Shown: positions 26,916 to 41,079, counted from the stretch's first letter. The stretch is DNA of 64,000 nucleotides from Felis catus (GCF_018350175.1 NC_058368.1:157172001-157236000); one strand, 5' to 3'. Numbers and translations are program-made. The notes: generated by a model not told the origin, from the sequence alone.

Positions 26916-28464
26916 GTAAGTACGGAGAGGCAAGGGAGGGGGCGTCCCGCTCCAGACTAGCGACCGTCCTACAGCTTTTCCTGTGATGTAAGCTTTGAGG
27001 AGCAGAATCTGAGACTTCCAAACGTATTTTCCCCGAGGCAGAGTAAGAATTCCATTTTATTTTGAGGTCCCACGTATGCACGTACACCACATACATTTAA
27101 AACAATACTCCAGTAAATAAAATGTACTCTGATAGTATCTTTGCAAAAAAAAAAAAAAAATTAATGCTGGCCTCGACCCACTTAATTATTTTACGACTAC
27201 TAATATACTTTCTGTCCATACTCTCGTTTGTTTCGATCGTGGGGGAAAGTAACATTCTGCATCTCCATAAAAAGGTGTTAGCTTCCTAGCGGTCGTTTCC
27301 CACTTCATCTCAAGTTTGCAGGAATGTCAATACTTTTATCACTCAGGTTGTCTGATAATCCTGTTAATGCTGATTTAAGTGCAATAGTTGTCATTTGATC
27401 CACTCCCCCTTTTAACAAAGAAATTGTGTGCGTGTGTTATTGCTGTTGTTTAATCCCAGACTTCAACAGTTTTTGGTACTTCCCCAAGCCATCATCCGAA
27501 AGAATACTACCATCAACATTCCCTGAAAGTTTTAGTATAATCCATGATTTAAAAACTACTGCTTGGACAAATATTAGGTTAAAAGTGATAAATCTAGTTT
27601 ATCACTGGGTGTTACTGTGGTCATGTAGATTGTTGGTGTTAAGCATGTCTGCACCAAAGAGTGCTTTTAATCACTGTATTCTATTAGTTTTCTCATTGAT
27701 TGACCTGTGAAGATTAAAGTCACATAATCTGGATATGCCCGTAGGACTTGCTGAGAAAATTATTAAAAGTAATCTTTATGATTATCTAAATTTAGGGAAC
27801 AGGCAATATTGGAGATTAACATGAAAGAGGTTTCTTAGAGAGTGCTCCTGAGATCAAAGGGAAAGGAAGAAAGAAGGATTGTATAGAGAAGTTTCAGTTC
27901 TGTTACTGTCTCAATAGAAGCCTCAGATGACTTTATGGGTAATTCTCAAACTAGTAAAATGTTTCAGAACTGTTTCCATTTGGGGTGAGGGGATCCAGGG
28001 CCTTATACCCTCATGTTGGATGGCCATTAGTTGTGCGCTGCTCCCGGAAAGGGACATGATTTTGGTCCAGGCAACTGTCTTTAGCAGCAGCAATCTTTCT
28101 TTCCTAAAGGGAATTTGAGTGGTGTATCACAGAATTCTAGAAACTTCCAAAGATGACAAATATTTTTTTCCACTATAGTATGAATACATAGGTTTTTATA
28201 TATTTGTGTTTAAATCCTTTGCATTCATTATACTTACTAATGTTCAAACTGTCCTATATTTGGTTTGTGAAAGACACTTCAGGTTGTTCCTGAGTCCTTT
28301 TGACCCATTCATAATAATCTTTAGCAGCTTCCTTTGATAGACTTCCACATCCTTCTTGTGTATTTCCTGTACTATCTTGTGTGTAGAGACTAGAATCCAG
28401 GTGTTCCCATTTTTCATTGCTTTCAGACCTTTCCAGTGGACAGATCTAGAAAGTGTATGTATTT

Positions 28465-28691
28465 ATTTATTTTTAATTAAAATTTTTTAACGTTTATTTA
28501 TTATTGAGAGACAGAGAGACAGACCAGAAGCAGGGGAGGGGCAGAGAGAGGAGGAGACACAAAATCCGAAGCAGGCTTCAGGCTCTGAGCTGTCAGCACA
28601 GAGCCCGACGCGGGGCTCGAACTCACAAACCGTGAGATCATGACCTGAGCTGAAGTCGGACGCTCAACCGACCGAGCCTCCCAGGTGCCCC
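28465..28691 (-). mobile_element. SINEC inserted in an old L1M-like 3' fragment (~28150-28860)
   Basis: TSD gaaagtgtatgtattta / gaaagtatatgtattta. Confidence 0.85.
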
Positions 28692-28959
28692 GAAAGTATA
28701 TGTATTTAATTTGATTTTTGCACTTATATCTGTTTTATACTATTTTGGTTTCTAACTACATTAATGTAATTTTTTACTTTATTAAATATATGTATATGTT
28801 ATATATACTTACACATATTTTATACACATTTGGGTAAAAATATATAATATATAAGCATATACATAGTATCTAGGGCTCCAATCACCCTTACTCTAGATCA
28901 CTAGTAGGGGAAAGGTTTAATGCCAGGAGAGACAATCCAAAAGACCAGACAAGTTTCTG

Positions 28960-30286
28960 CAAAGCAAGCAGAAGGAAGGAAATAATAGCAGAAATTAATG
29001 AGTTAAAGAGTATTATAACAATAGAGAAAAACAAACCAAAAGTTGATTTACTGAAAATATCAACAAAATTGACAAACCTTTGGCTAAACTGACCTAGAAA
29101 AAAAGAGACAAGACCTGACTTACTAAAATCAGGAAGAAAAAGAGGGAATATTACCTTACAGAAATAAAGAGTTATCAGAGAATACTGTGAACAACTATAC
29201 GTTAACAAATTAGATAATTTAGATGAAATGAACAAATTTCCAGAAAGACACAAACTACTGAAACTAACTCAAAAATAAAAACAATCTGACAGACCTATAA
29301 CAAGTAAAGAGATTGAGTTGGTGATTTTAAGACACCCACAAAGAAAAGTTCAGACCCAAATGGCTTCACTGGTTAATTCAACCAAACATTTTAAGAAGAA
29401 TTAATACTGGGGCACCTGGATAGCTCAGTCGGTTGGGTGTCTGACTTTGCCTCAGGTCAGTTTGTGAGTTCAAGCCCCACGTTGGGCTCTGTGCTGACAG
29501 CTCAGAGCCTGGAGCCTGCTTCGGATTCTATGTCTCCCTGTCTCTCTCTGCCCCTTCCCCACTCATACTCTGTCTCTCAAAAATAAATAAAAATGTTAAA
29601 AATATTTTCAAAAATAAAAAATAAAGAAGAATTAATACTAATTCTTTTTAAACTCTTCCAAAAAATAGAAGAATGCTTCCAAATTATTTCTATGAGATCA
29701 GTGTGTTGCTGATTTCAAAGCCAGACAAATACATCACAAGAAAACTACAGACTAATATATCTTCTTAATATAGAAGCTCCACAACAAAAATACTAGCAAG
29801 TCAGGGGTGCCTGGGTGGCTCAGTCAATTAAGTGTCCGACTCTTTATTTCAGCTCAGGTCATGGTCTCACAGTTGTGAGATCGAGCCCCACACAGGGCTC
29901 CACACTGGACGTGGACCCTGCTTAGGATTCTTTCTCTCCCTCTACTGCTCACTCTTTCTTGCTGTCTGAAAAAATAAATAAAAATAAAATACTACAATTT
30001 GTTTAAAAAACACTAGCTAGTCAAATTTAGCAATATACATAAAGCATTATATACCATAACCAAATGGGATTTATCCCCAGAATTTAAGGTTGGTTTAATA
30101 TCTGAAAATCAGTTGTTTTATAATACACCATGTTAATTGAATAAAGGGCAAAAGCCGCTGATCATGTCAGTAAATACAGAAAGAACACTTGACAAAATTC
30201 AACAACGCTTCATGATGAAAGCACTCAACCAACTAGAAATAGAATATTCTTGACCTGTAAAGAGCATCTGCAAAGACACCATAGCT
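28960..30286 (+). mobile_element. Internal L1 ORF2 fragment interrupted by two SINECs (29408-29625 and 29804-30005)
   Basis: Homologous to 50900-51860 in this window (acaaaattgacaaacct, gggatttatccc, gacaaaattcaaca); no 3'UTR or A-tail. Confidence 0.88.
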
Positions 30287-31844
30287 CTAATCACCTTAAA
30301 CACATTCCATATTAGAAACTTCCCCAAATGGGTCAGTTATCCTTTCGCCCTCTTGCCCATCCCCACCACTCTACACTTTCAATACAGATGAAGTCCTTGT
30401 GCCAGTCACAGAAATGCATAAAGAAATCACTAACACGGATTTTAATATGATGCATGAATTACTGGTAAACTGCAGTAGTCATCTGCAGTGGCAGTTACAC
30501 CAGTTTAAACGGTGCCTACAGAACTTGGAGTCCTCAATCTTTGAATTCTATAGCATCACAGTGCTTCTGCCATGTGATCTCCTGCTTCAGTCCGCCCACC
30601 AGATTAGTCTGGATTTGTCTAGATTCCAAGAAGTGACCACAAATGGTTGTTATCCCCTATGTCCAAAAGATTATAAGAATAAAACATGTAGGCATTTCGG
30701 ATTTCTGAAGATAAGTTTCTAAGAATTTAAATTTGTGGATTTAAAGAAATTCTAATGAGGGAAGAATATACACTTTTATCTTGGGCTCCCTCATTTTCAT
30801 CGTTCAGGAAATCAGCAGTTATTTACTTAGAATTCAATGATACTACTGTTGGAAGTGGTTCTTTATTTCAAGATACAAGTATGCTCTAATTTTTTAACAT
30901 CTTAAAAAAAAAATGAACTTTAATCTCCCATTCTCCTATAGCCAATAGTCCATTTCCTGACATCCATCCTATTTTTCTGTTCACCTTTGCAAAATCATTT
31001 CTTAGAAGAGCTTTATTTACCTGCTGTCTCACCTTCCATTCTCTTCCCCATTCTAGTTTAGCTGGCCATTCCCACCACTTAAGGTGCCCTTCAGATCACC
31101 ACCTGTCTCCATACAACCAATACCACTGTGCACTTTCTGGCCTTGTTTTAGGTAGCCTCTCAACACAGCCGACATTACCTCTTTCTTGACACACTGTTTT
31201 CTCTTAGTTTTCATGGTCTTATATCATCTCCCTCCCTCTTTGGCCATTCTTTGTTTCCCACCTCCTCTTATTTGGGAATCCCCGGGTTCCTTGCTTTCCT
31301 CCTTTTCACTTTTTTCCTAAAAGCTTTCATTCAGTAACATCGTTTTCAATACCATGAATATGCTTAAGATTCCCAAGTTTATTTCACCAGAGTAGACTTT
31401 CCAAGCTCCAGATTCCTCTCTGTAACCAACAGCCTACTTTATATACCCATTTGGAAATCTCAGACATATCAAGGGTTTATGTATATCCCATATTTGGATG
31501 AACTCATTTTTAAAAGTGTATTTTTACTTAAATTCATAGTGAAAATATATAATAAATACAACTCCAGGCCTAAAATATTCTTTTTTCTGTCTTTGCTCTT
31601 TACCAAGAAGATTTCTTCAATTCCAAAATGCATAACACCTCTTCTACTCTTCATGCTTATTTATCCACAGTGGCCAAGACATCTTCACTTATGTCCAGCC
31701 TAAAGAATTGCTGGACTTTTCTCATTCTTTAGGTCTTGCACTTCCCAGAGAAACTTTCCCTGTTCACTCCATTTAAAATATATATCCCTCATTATTCTGT
31801 ATCTTAGGTTTTTTTTTTTTCAAAGCACATATCACAATTTGTAA

Positions 31845-32050
31845 TTTTTTTTAAATTTACTTATTTTGAGAGAGAGAGCGGGAGAGAGGACGAGTGGAGG
31901 AGGGGCAGAGAGATGGAGAGAGAGAGAGAATCCCAAGCAGGCTCCACACTGTTAGTACAGAGCCCAATGTGGGGTTCAAACTCATGAACCATGAGATCAT
32001 GACCTGAGCCAAAGTCAAATGCTTAACCGACTGAGCCACCCAGGTGCCCC
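31845..32050 (-). mobile_element. SINEC inside an L2 3' remnant (~31700-32210)
   Basis: TSD cacaatttgtaatt / cacaatttataatt; flank acctggcacacagtaaatgctgagtaaatattt is L2-like. Confidence 0.85.
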
Positions 32051-32326
32051 CACAATTTATAATTATTAATGGTTTGTTTACCAGTATATTTTTTGCTTCT
32101 CCCACTAATCCATAAGCTTCAAGGGCCAGGGACTCTGTTTCTTTTCACCAATTTCCAGATCTTTCACAGTACCTGGCACACAGTAAATGCTGAGTAAATA
32201 TTTATTCCATCAATCCATCATGCCCCAAAAGAACTTTCCAGAGAGTCCTTTATTATATTCAAATGAATCTGAGTACAACACTAAATTCTTAATATTATGA
32301 TACTAGTAACACTATGCTTGGTTTAT

Positions 32327-32550
32327 CTTTTTTTTTTTAATTTTTTTTAACGTTTATTTATTTTTGAGACAGAGAGAGACAGAGCATGAACAGGGGAGGG
32401 GCAGAGAGAGAGGGAGACACAGAATCTGAAACAGGTTCCAGGCTCTGAGCAGTCAGCACAGAGCCCGACGCGGGGCTCGAACTCACAGACGTGAGATCAT
32501 GACCTGAGCCGAAGTCAGATGCTTAACCAACTGAGCCACCCAGGCGCCCC
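32327..32550 (-). mobile_element. Young felid-type SINEC about 140 bp upstream of ARSK exon 2
   Basis: TSD tgcttggtttatctttt. Confidence 0.92.
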
Positions 32551-32688
32551 TGCTTGGTTTATCTTTTGAGGATCCTTAGGATCATATTGAAGTCTTTTGC
32601 TTACTTGTGAATTTTATGGTTAAAATTAAAGGAAATAATTTTATTCTTTTCTAACACAATCACTATTAATTAAATTTCTTTATTCCAG

Positions 32689-32818
32689 GATGGAAGGCTG
32701 ACATTTTATCCAGAAAGTCAGGTAGTGAAACTTCCTTTTATCAACTTCATGAAAGCACATGGCACCTCCTTTCTGAATGCTTACACAAACTCTCCAATCT
32801 GTTGCCCATCACGTGCAG
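32689..32818 (+). CDS. ARSK: ARSK coding exon 2, containing the formylglycine motif: DGRLTFYPESQVVKLPFINFMKAHGTSFLNAYTNSPICCPSRA(A)
   Basis: 130 nt; ttccag acceptor; CAG|GTATGA donor; CxPxR (CCPSR) at 32800-32814. Confidence 0.97.
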
Positions 32819-34297
32819 GTATGAACATGCTCAAGATTAATGGAAGTGGCCACACACATAAAAATGTTCTCACAATTTAAAAGATTATGCCCAAAAGTAG
32901 TATAGTAAGTTATATTTTTCATCTAATTACAAAAATTTTTTTTAATTTAACTGATGTGTATTTTAAGGTATGTATTGAGGTTATTGGAATTTCTAATTTA
33001 TTTTTCAGGAGTAGTAATTTTTATTATCCAAAGTGGTGTTGAGTTCATGTGTTACTGTTTCATTTCCTTATGATTGGTGACTAAGAATCTCTGGACTATC
33101 CAAGCAAGTGAGGAAATACTCCTATTTCCTAGAAAAGTTGTATCTTTAAGAAAATTTTCAGTAAGAATAGAGGGGGTTGGGAGGGACTTCAGAGCATACA
33201 CAAAGTAGTTAGAATTTTCATACATCAGGTTTCTCTGAATTTTTCCATATTATTTCAGATTACAGACTGTTTCTCTTTAGTCTCAATTCACTTCTATCCC
33301 AAATATATTTGTTCACTTTTATTATCGTAATTTAACAAATAAGCATAGTTTTAATGGCAAAATGTCAGCAGTATTAATCCATGAATAATGGAGAAGCAGG
33401 GGAAAATGCCTTTTTTTTTTTTAATTGTCTATTCTCTGATAGAGTTGTTTTCCTTCCCACCTTTCTAATGTTTAGTTGTTTGCTTTGGGGTACACAAAAC
33501 ACATGCAACTGTTTGCATCTGTCAGGACATTCCTGACATTATCTTCTCTGTGATTTGAGTCCCAAGTCCCTTCACGTTCACTGCCAGCACAATCACCTAT
33601 GTAATTACCAGTGATTAAAAGAAACCCAGATTAAAGGAAACCCAGTACTCTAAATGATATTTCAGTGAAGGCCCAGGTATATTAAAACAGTTTTGTATGT
33701 TTTTTTTTTTTTCTCTATTGAGCAAGTGGAATGAGCAATGGACTAGGGTGAGGTGTTGTCCTAGATTCTAATCTTCAGTGGGCCAAGAAAGTCACTTAGT
33801 TTCCTTATCTACAAAAGGTTGTATATGCTGTGTACCTCACAGGGTTGTTCCCAGCATCAAATAATGAATAAAATAATGAATAAAATGGCAATTAATGAAC
33901 TCTAAAGGTTTCAGAAATGTTAGCTGATGCTTTTCCTAAAAGAACTATATTTTGAAGAGTTTGAACACAGAGAAGGAACAATAGTAATACAAACTAATGT
34001 TTGTTGCATTCTTACCCTGTGCCTGCCAATATTCTAAGTGCCTTACATGTCTTAATTTATACAATAATAACATTTCCATGAAGTAGATATTGTTACTACC
34101 TCCTTTTTGCATATGAAAACAAAAGTACTAAAAGGTTAAGTAACTTGTCAAAGGTCACTCAGTCATTGGCATTATTGAGATTCAAACCCAGGTAACCCTC
34201 ATCCCACTTCTCAAAAAGAAAGCATTGTGTAGGATGAAAACAGAAAGCTTATTTAACCCTACCGTGTGTACACAAAAATGGAAAGAGAAAAGGATTT

Positions 34298-36347
34298 TCC
34301 CCCCAGTTTTGAGATAATTGACATATAACATTGTATTAATTAAGGTGTATACAATATAACAACTTCATATATGTATATATTGTGAAATGATTATCATAAT
34401 AAGTGTCATTAATATTCATCACCTCCTATAATTAAAAAGTTTTCTTTTGATGAGATCTTTTAACACCAATTCTCTTAGCAACTTTTAAATATCCAGTATT
34501 GTTAGCTGTAGTTGCCGTGCTATACATTATATCCCCAGAACTTACTTATTACTGTGAATTTGTACATGTTTACCACTTTCATCCATTTTCCCATCCCCAC
34601 CCCTACTTTTGACCATCATAGTCTTTTATGTTTCTATTTGTTCCATCTTTTTAGATTCCACATATATGTAAGATCATACACTACTTGTTTTTCTCTGTAT
34701 GACTTCTTTCACTTAACACAATGAACTAAAGTTCCATCTATGTTGTTGAAAAAGACAGTGTTTCCTTTTTTCATGACTAATATTTCTCTCTGTATATATG
34801 TAATATATATACATATATATATATATATACATATATATAAGGTAGATATAGATACATGGCATTTATGCATTCATCTATCAATGGACACTTAGGTTGCTTC
34901 CATGTCTTGACTATTATGAATAGTGCTCCAATGAACATAGGGGTACAGACATCTTTTTGAGATAATGATTTTCTCCTTTGGGTATATACCTAGAAGTGGG
35001 GACTGCAGGACTGTATGGTACTTCTAGTTCTAATGTTCTTGAGGAACCCCCATACTGTTTTCCACAGTGGCCTCATCAATTTACATTTCCAACAACACTG
35101 CACAGGGTTCTCTTGTCTCCACATCTTCACCATGACTTGTTATCTCTTGTTATTTTTGGCAGTCATTCTAACAGGGGTGACGTAATACCTCATTGTGGTC
35201 TTGATTTGCATTTCCCTGATGATTACTGATACTGAGCCTATTTTCATGTAGCTGGTTGACCATTTCTAGGTCTTTGTAAAACTATTCATTTCCTCTGCCC
35301 ATTTTTTAATCTATTTTTTTTTTTTTGCTATTCAGTTATATGAGTTCTTTTTATATTTTGGATATTAATTATCAGATCTATGATTTGCAAATATTTTCTC
35401 CCATTCCACAGATTGCCTTTTCATTTTGTTGATGGTTTCCTTTGCTGTGCAGAAGCTTTCAAGTTTAACATAGTTCCACTTGTTGATATTACCTGTTTTG
35501 CCTTTGCTTTTAGTGTGAAATGCAAAAAAATTACTGTCAATTCTGATGTCAAGGAGCTTGCCCCCTGTTTTCTTCTAGTAGTTTCATGGTTTCAAGTCTT
35601 ACTTTCAGTGTTTAATCCATTTTGAGTTTATTTTGTGTATGGCGTAAGACAAGGGTCCAGTTTTCCCATCACAATTTATTGAAGAGACGGTCCTTTCCCT
35701 ATTATATATTCTTGGCTCCTTTATTTTAAATTAATTGAATTATGTGGGTGGGCTTATTTCTGGGCTCTCTATTCTGTTTCATTGATCTGTGTGTCTGTTT
35801 TTATGCCAACATGTTTTTTTCATGGTTATACCTTTGTAATATAGTTTGAAATTGAGAACTGCAATGTTTCCAGATTTAGTCTTCTTTCTCAAGATTGCTT
35901 TGGCTATTTGGTGTCTTATGTGGTTCCATACAAATTTTAGCATTGTTTATTCTATTTCTGGGAAAAATGCCATTGGAATTTTGATAGGGATTGCCTTGAA
36001 TCTGTAGGTTGCATTGGGTGGTACAGACGTTTTAATAATATCAATTCTTCCTATCTGTGAGCACAGAACATCTTTCCATTTATTTGTGTCTTCAGTTTCT
36101 TTCATCAGTGTCTTACAGTTTTTAGGTTACAGATCTTTTCCTCCTTGGTTAAAGTTTTTCTAGGTAACGTATTCTTTTTGATGCAATTATACATGGGATT
36201 GTTTTAACTTCTCTGATAGTCTATCATTAGTATATAGAAATGTAAGTGATTTTTGTATATTGATTTTGTATCCTGCAACTTTACTAAATGCATTGAATAG
36301 TTACAACAGTTTCTTGGTGGAATCTTTGGGGTTTTCTATATATACAT

Positions 36348-36415
<68 letters not shown>

Positions 36416-38113
36416 TCTGCAAATAGAGACTGTTTTACCTCTTACAATTTGGATGCCTTCTATTTCTTCTTCTTGCCTAATCACTCTATCTAGGACTTCT
36501 ACTATGTTGAATAAGAATTGTGAGAGTAGGCATCCTTGTCTTGTTTCTGATCTTAGAAGAAAAACTTTCAGCTTTTCACCACTAAATATAATGTTAGCTG
36601 TGGACTTGCCATATGTGGATTTTATTATATTGAGCTACGTTCATTCTATACCCAGTTTGTTGAGAGTTTTTATCATGAATGAATATTCAATTTTGTCAGA
36701 TGCTTTCTCTGCATCTATTGAGATGAGCATATGATTTTTATCCTTCATTTTGTTAATGTGGTATATTATGTTGATTGATTTACAGATGTTGAATCATCTT
36801 TGCATCCCTGGAATAAATCCCAGTTGATCATGGCATATGACCCTTCTAATGTATTGTTGAAATAAGTTTGCTGATATTTTGTAGATGATTTTGCACTATG
36901 TTCATCAGGAATATTGGCCTGTCATTTTCTTCTTTTGTGGTGGCCTCCTCTGGTTTTGGTATCAGGGTAATGTTGGCATCATAAAATGAGTGTGGAAGTG
37001 TTTCTTCCTCTTCTCTTTTTTAGAAGAGTTTGGAGAAAGGGATTGGTATTAGTTCTTCTATAAATGTTTGGTAGAATTCACCAGTAAAGCTTTCTGGTCC
37101 TGGACTTTTCTTTGTTGGGAGGCATTTGATTACTGATTCTATCTCCTTATTCATAATTGGTCTGTTGGATTTTCTATATCTTCATGATTCAGTCTTGGTA
37201 GGTTGTATACTTATAGGAATATATCACTTCTAGGTCTTCCAATTTATTGGCATATAATTGTCCATAGTGGCCTTATAATTGTTTATATTTCTGTGTCATC
37301 AGTTGTAACTTCTCTTTCATTTCTGATTGTATTCATTTCAGTCGTCTCTTTTCCTGGTAGGTCTAGCTAAATGTTTATCTTTTTGTTTTATCGATCTTTT
37401 GTTTATTGACCTAAATGTTTATCTTAATTTTATTGATCTTTTCCATTTCCTTTTTTAGTATCTATTTTATTTATCTTCACTCTAATCTCTGTTATTTCCT
37501 TTCTTCTAATGTTGGGCTTAGTTTGTTCTTTTTCTAGTTCCTAGAGATATAAAGTTAGGTTGTTTATTTGAGCTCTTTTTTCTTAATGTAGGCATTTAAC
37601 TCCTACGAACTTCCCTCTTAGAATGCTTTTTCTGTATGCCATTAGTTTTGATATTTTGTTGCATTTTCATTTGTCTCAAGATATTGTTTAATTTCTCTTT
37701 TGATTTCTTCTTTGGCCCATTGGTTGTTCAGTAGCATGTGGTTTAATCTTCACATATTTGTGAATTTTCTGATTTTCTTCTTATAAATGACTTCCAGTTT
37801 CATACCTTTGTGGTCAGAAAAGATGCTTGACATTTCACCTTGTAAATTTATTGACTTTTTTGTGGTCTATCATATGATCTGTCCTAGAGAATGTTCCACA
37901 TGCACTTAATAAGAGTGTATATTCTGTTGCTTTTAGATGGAATGTTCTGTAAATGTCTTTTAAGTCCATCTGGCCTAATGTGTAATTCTTAAGTCCAGTG
38001 CTACTTTATTGATTTTCTGTCTGGATGATCCATACATTGTTGAAACTGGTGCATTGAAGTCCCTGCTCTTATTGTATTGCTGCCTATTTCTCCCTGTAGG
38101 TCTGTTAATACTT
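34298..38113 (-). mobile_element. 5'-truncated degenerate L1, antisense in ARSK intron 2 (ORF2 and 3'UTR)
   Basis: Reverse complement of L1 ORF2 (tcatctgcaaatag = LFADD; tggtatattatgttgattgattt); candidate TSD aaaaggattt at 34288 and 38116. Confidence 0.92.
36337..36412. repeat. Compound (TA)n(CA)n(TA)n microsatellite inside the L1 RT region
   Basis: Seen directly; expanded from the tatata next to the FADD codons. Confidence 0.95.
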
Positions 38114-38606
38114 GAAAAAGGATTTATTGGTTACAATCATAGTTGTAGAAATTAAGAACAAAGACATAGTACACTTAAATTTTTCATAGAAAGACAGTAC
38201 ATAGACAAGGATGGGGGAAAATCCATCATGATGTTGGAAAAAGATCTATACTTCAATTGACTGACTTGGAAAATAAATACTTGGTGATTACTTTTATGAT
38301 TGAAAGAAGACTTTATAGTCCAACAGGCCTTATACATAATTCCAGCTGTATTTGCCTTAAACAACTTAACCTGTAAGCCTTAGACACTCACCTATAAAAT
38401 GGAAATAGTAACTCCATGCAGAATTCTCCACTTGATAATATGAGGTAACAACCAGAGATGTTATGCAAAGCACCTAATACAGGTTATGTCTGACTCCACA
38501 GCATGAGCTTTAAAGTAGTAGATTCTTTCTCTTGCTATAATTGCCTTAATAATTAAAACAAATCAATAAGCTTTACACCAGTCCCAATTTCTTTGTTTCC
38601 CCCCAG

Positions 38607-38766
38607 CAATGTGGAGTGGCCTCTTCACTCACTTAACAGAATCATGGAATAACTTTAAGGGCCTAGATCCAAATTATACAACATGGATGGATATCATGCA
38701 GAAGCATGGCTACCAAACACAAAAGTTTGGAAAACTGGACTACACTTCGGGACATCACTCCATTAG
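38607..38766 (+). CDS. ARSK: ARSK coding exon 3: (A)MWSGLFTHLTESWNNFKGLDPNYTTWMDIMQKHGYQTQKFGKLDYTSGHHSI(S)
   Basis: 160 nt; ccccag acceptor; TAG|GTAAAA donor; sulfatase GY.T..FGK motif; NYT sequon. Confidence 0.97.
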
Positions 38767-39340
38767 GTAAAAAAATATATAACAAAATAATCTAATATGC
38801 TACCCTCTGCTATAGCACATACATTTACTCTTTTTTGACTTTCATTTTTTATTTTTCTACAAAGGTGAAAGTAAATCTCTTAATCCCTTGATTGTGTTAA
38901 TTTGGCTAATATTTCACCTTTCTTTAATCTTCTTAAAATATTAAAGTTGCTAATACACTAGTAATTTTGTTTTTCTTAAACATCAAAGGTCTTTAAAATT
39001 GTTTAGTCCAAAATTTATTCTGAGTTTTTGTTATACAATGTCTACTTTCTTATTCACTTTACAATCTTTTTTAAAGACCATAATCTTCTTGGTACTTGCT
39101 TTTGTCAGTTATCTCCAATGTCAGCCTATTATAACTTTTTTTTTTTTTTCCATTTTATTAAGTCCTCAAAAACCAAGTGGCCAAGCATAGTGGGTAAGAG
39201 CAGAGATCTGGAATCAGATTCCATACTTACAAATCTTGGTTTCTCTGTTTACTGCTGACCTCTAGTAGTACAATCTTGGGAACATTATCTAAGCTAACTT
39301 AACTTTAATTTCTTTATTGTGAGGATTAAATGGAATGAGA

Positions 39341-39855
39341 TCTGCAGAAAAAAAAAAAAGGCTAACACAGCAGATTTGAGATGGCTATCCTTAGAAAGGC
39401 CTGCTTTCTAGAATGGCCCTTGGCTTATATCTGGTAACTTGAATTTCAGGAGTATTCCCTCTATTCCCTGATAAAAGTGACTTATTATGTACCTAGAGTG
39501 TAAAATGTGATTTGTGCTGAACACCTGCTTTCCCTCTGAGAGTCTGGGATTTTGGTATGTGGTAAGCAGAGGGTGATCGGCCTCAATAACAACTCGGGTA
39601 CTAATGAGTTCCCTGATAGACAACACTTCACATGCATTGTCATGTTTGATGCTGGATGAATTAAGTGTGCTCTTTGTGACTCTACTTGGAAACTTGTAAG
39701 TGGTTTGCTATGGACTTACCCTAAATACCTTTTCCCTTTGCTGATTTTGCTTTGTGTCCTTTCACTATAATAAATCATAGCCATGTGAACAACTACATGC
39801 TGAGTCCTGTGAATCCTCCTAGCGAACTTGGGTACGATCTTAGAGTCTTCCAACA
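39341..39855 (+). mobile_element. ERVL solo LTR (MER68-like)
   Basis: gctatccttagaaaggcctgc...ggcccttggct and aataaatcatagcc...gagtcctgtgaatcctcctagcgaa resemble MER68. Confidence 0.7.
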
Positions 39856-40011
39856 CTGTGACCCCTGGCATAAATACCTATTAAAGGCTTAGAGCAGTAC
39901 CTCTTGCCTAACAGGTGCTAATTGAGGATTATGGCAGTGGTAGTAGTGATGATGATAATTCTAATGATTATGGTAAGAACCAGAAAATAAATTAAATAAA
40001 ATAATAGTGAA

Positions 40012-40438
40012 TGTAGTGAGGTAAATAGTGTTACCCAAAACTTCATGTCCCCCTGGAACTTCAGAATGTGACCTTATTTGGAAATAGATCCTGTTTACAG
40101 ATGCAATTAATTAACGGTTCAAGATGAAGTCATCTTGAATTTAAAAGTGAGACTTACATCCAATGACTAGTGTTCTCATTAGAAAAGAAAAGGACATAAA
40201 TACACACAGAAGGCAGTGTGAATGAAGATGGAAGCAGAGACTGGGATGATCACAGCTATAAACCACAGAAGAGGAAAAAAAAGGAATAATTCTTCCCAAG
40301 AGGCTTCAGAGGGAGCATGGCCCAGCCAATACCTTGATTTATGATTTCTAGCCTCTAGAACCGTGAGAAAGTAAGTTTGTTGTTTTAAGCCACACTTTTT
40401 GCAGTAATTTGCTACTGCAGCCCTAGGAAACTAATACA
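40012..40438 (+). mobile_element. MaLR MLT1 solo LTR
   Basis: TGT start; cagaatgtgaccttatttggaaatag; ends gcagccctaggaaactaataCA. Confidence 0.85.
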
Positions 40439-41079
40439 ATGAGTTTTGGGTAAACAGATACTAAAATAGAATAATCTGAGTATTATTAGTCTTGCTCTTC
40501 TGGGTAATGTCAAATTTCTTTCCTTTTCTGTCCTCCAAAATCTGAAAGATACCCATCCTGAAAACCCAGAAGGGACCCTCACATCTCCTCCCCACCTCTG
40601 TCTTGTAATCCATCACCAGATGTTGTCAGCTCTACTTCTAAAATAGATCTCCAGCTTATTCACTTGCAATCTCTACCAAGCCACTAGCCTCTCCTGCCTA
40701 AAATATTGAAGTGGCCCTCTAATGTTTCCCCTATCTCACCCTTTTGTGGGCAGCCAGAGTGATCTTTTTAAAATAAACATCTGATCGAGTGACTTATCCG
40801 CTTAAAATCTTTCAGTGTTTTGTTTTTTGTTTTTTTTTCCCCTCTGTAAGTAGGCTAAAATCCCAAATCCACAACATGGTTTGTAAGACCTTACATGATC
40901 CAGTCCCTGCATGCCTCCTGTCTCATTTCATACCTCATGCTCTCCTCCTCAGTATGCAGTTGCTCCTTCATTTCTTTCACGTGTCTTCACTAGCTCTGGA
41001 CCACTGCACAAGTCTGTGCACAAAGCTCTTCCCCCACTCTGTCCAGTAATGCGGCAGAAGAAAAGGGTGGAAGCAGAGG

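Larger units (their letters stand above)
26100..26990. promoter_or_regulatory. CpG-rich bidirectional promoter and first-exon region shared by SKIC3 (-) and ARSK (+)
   Basis: The only extended CpG-rich non-repeat region; ARSK ATG at 26778; minus-strand donors CAG|GTGGGT (exon end 26470) and CAG|GTACGT (exon end 26239) are SKIC3 first-exon candidates. Confidence 0.9.

Noticed and set aside
26175..27096. Several overlapping 60-130 aa ORFs in the promoter, including a GTG-started upstream extension of ARSK from 26730
   Set aside because: Expected in GC-rich, stop-poor DNA; no recognisable homology; the ATG at 26778 directly precedes the signal peptide
30399..30722. 107-aa ORF in non-repeat-looking ARSK intron 1 sequence; likewise 24959-25291 and 42465-42854
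   Set aside because: No recognisable domain or splice support; length is compatible with chance
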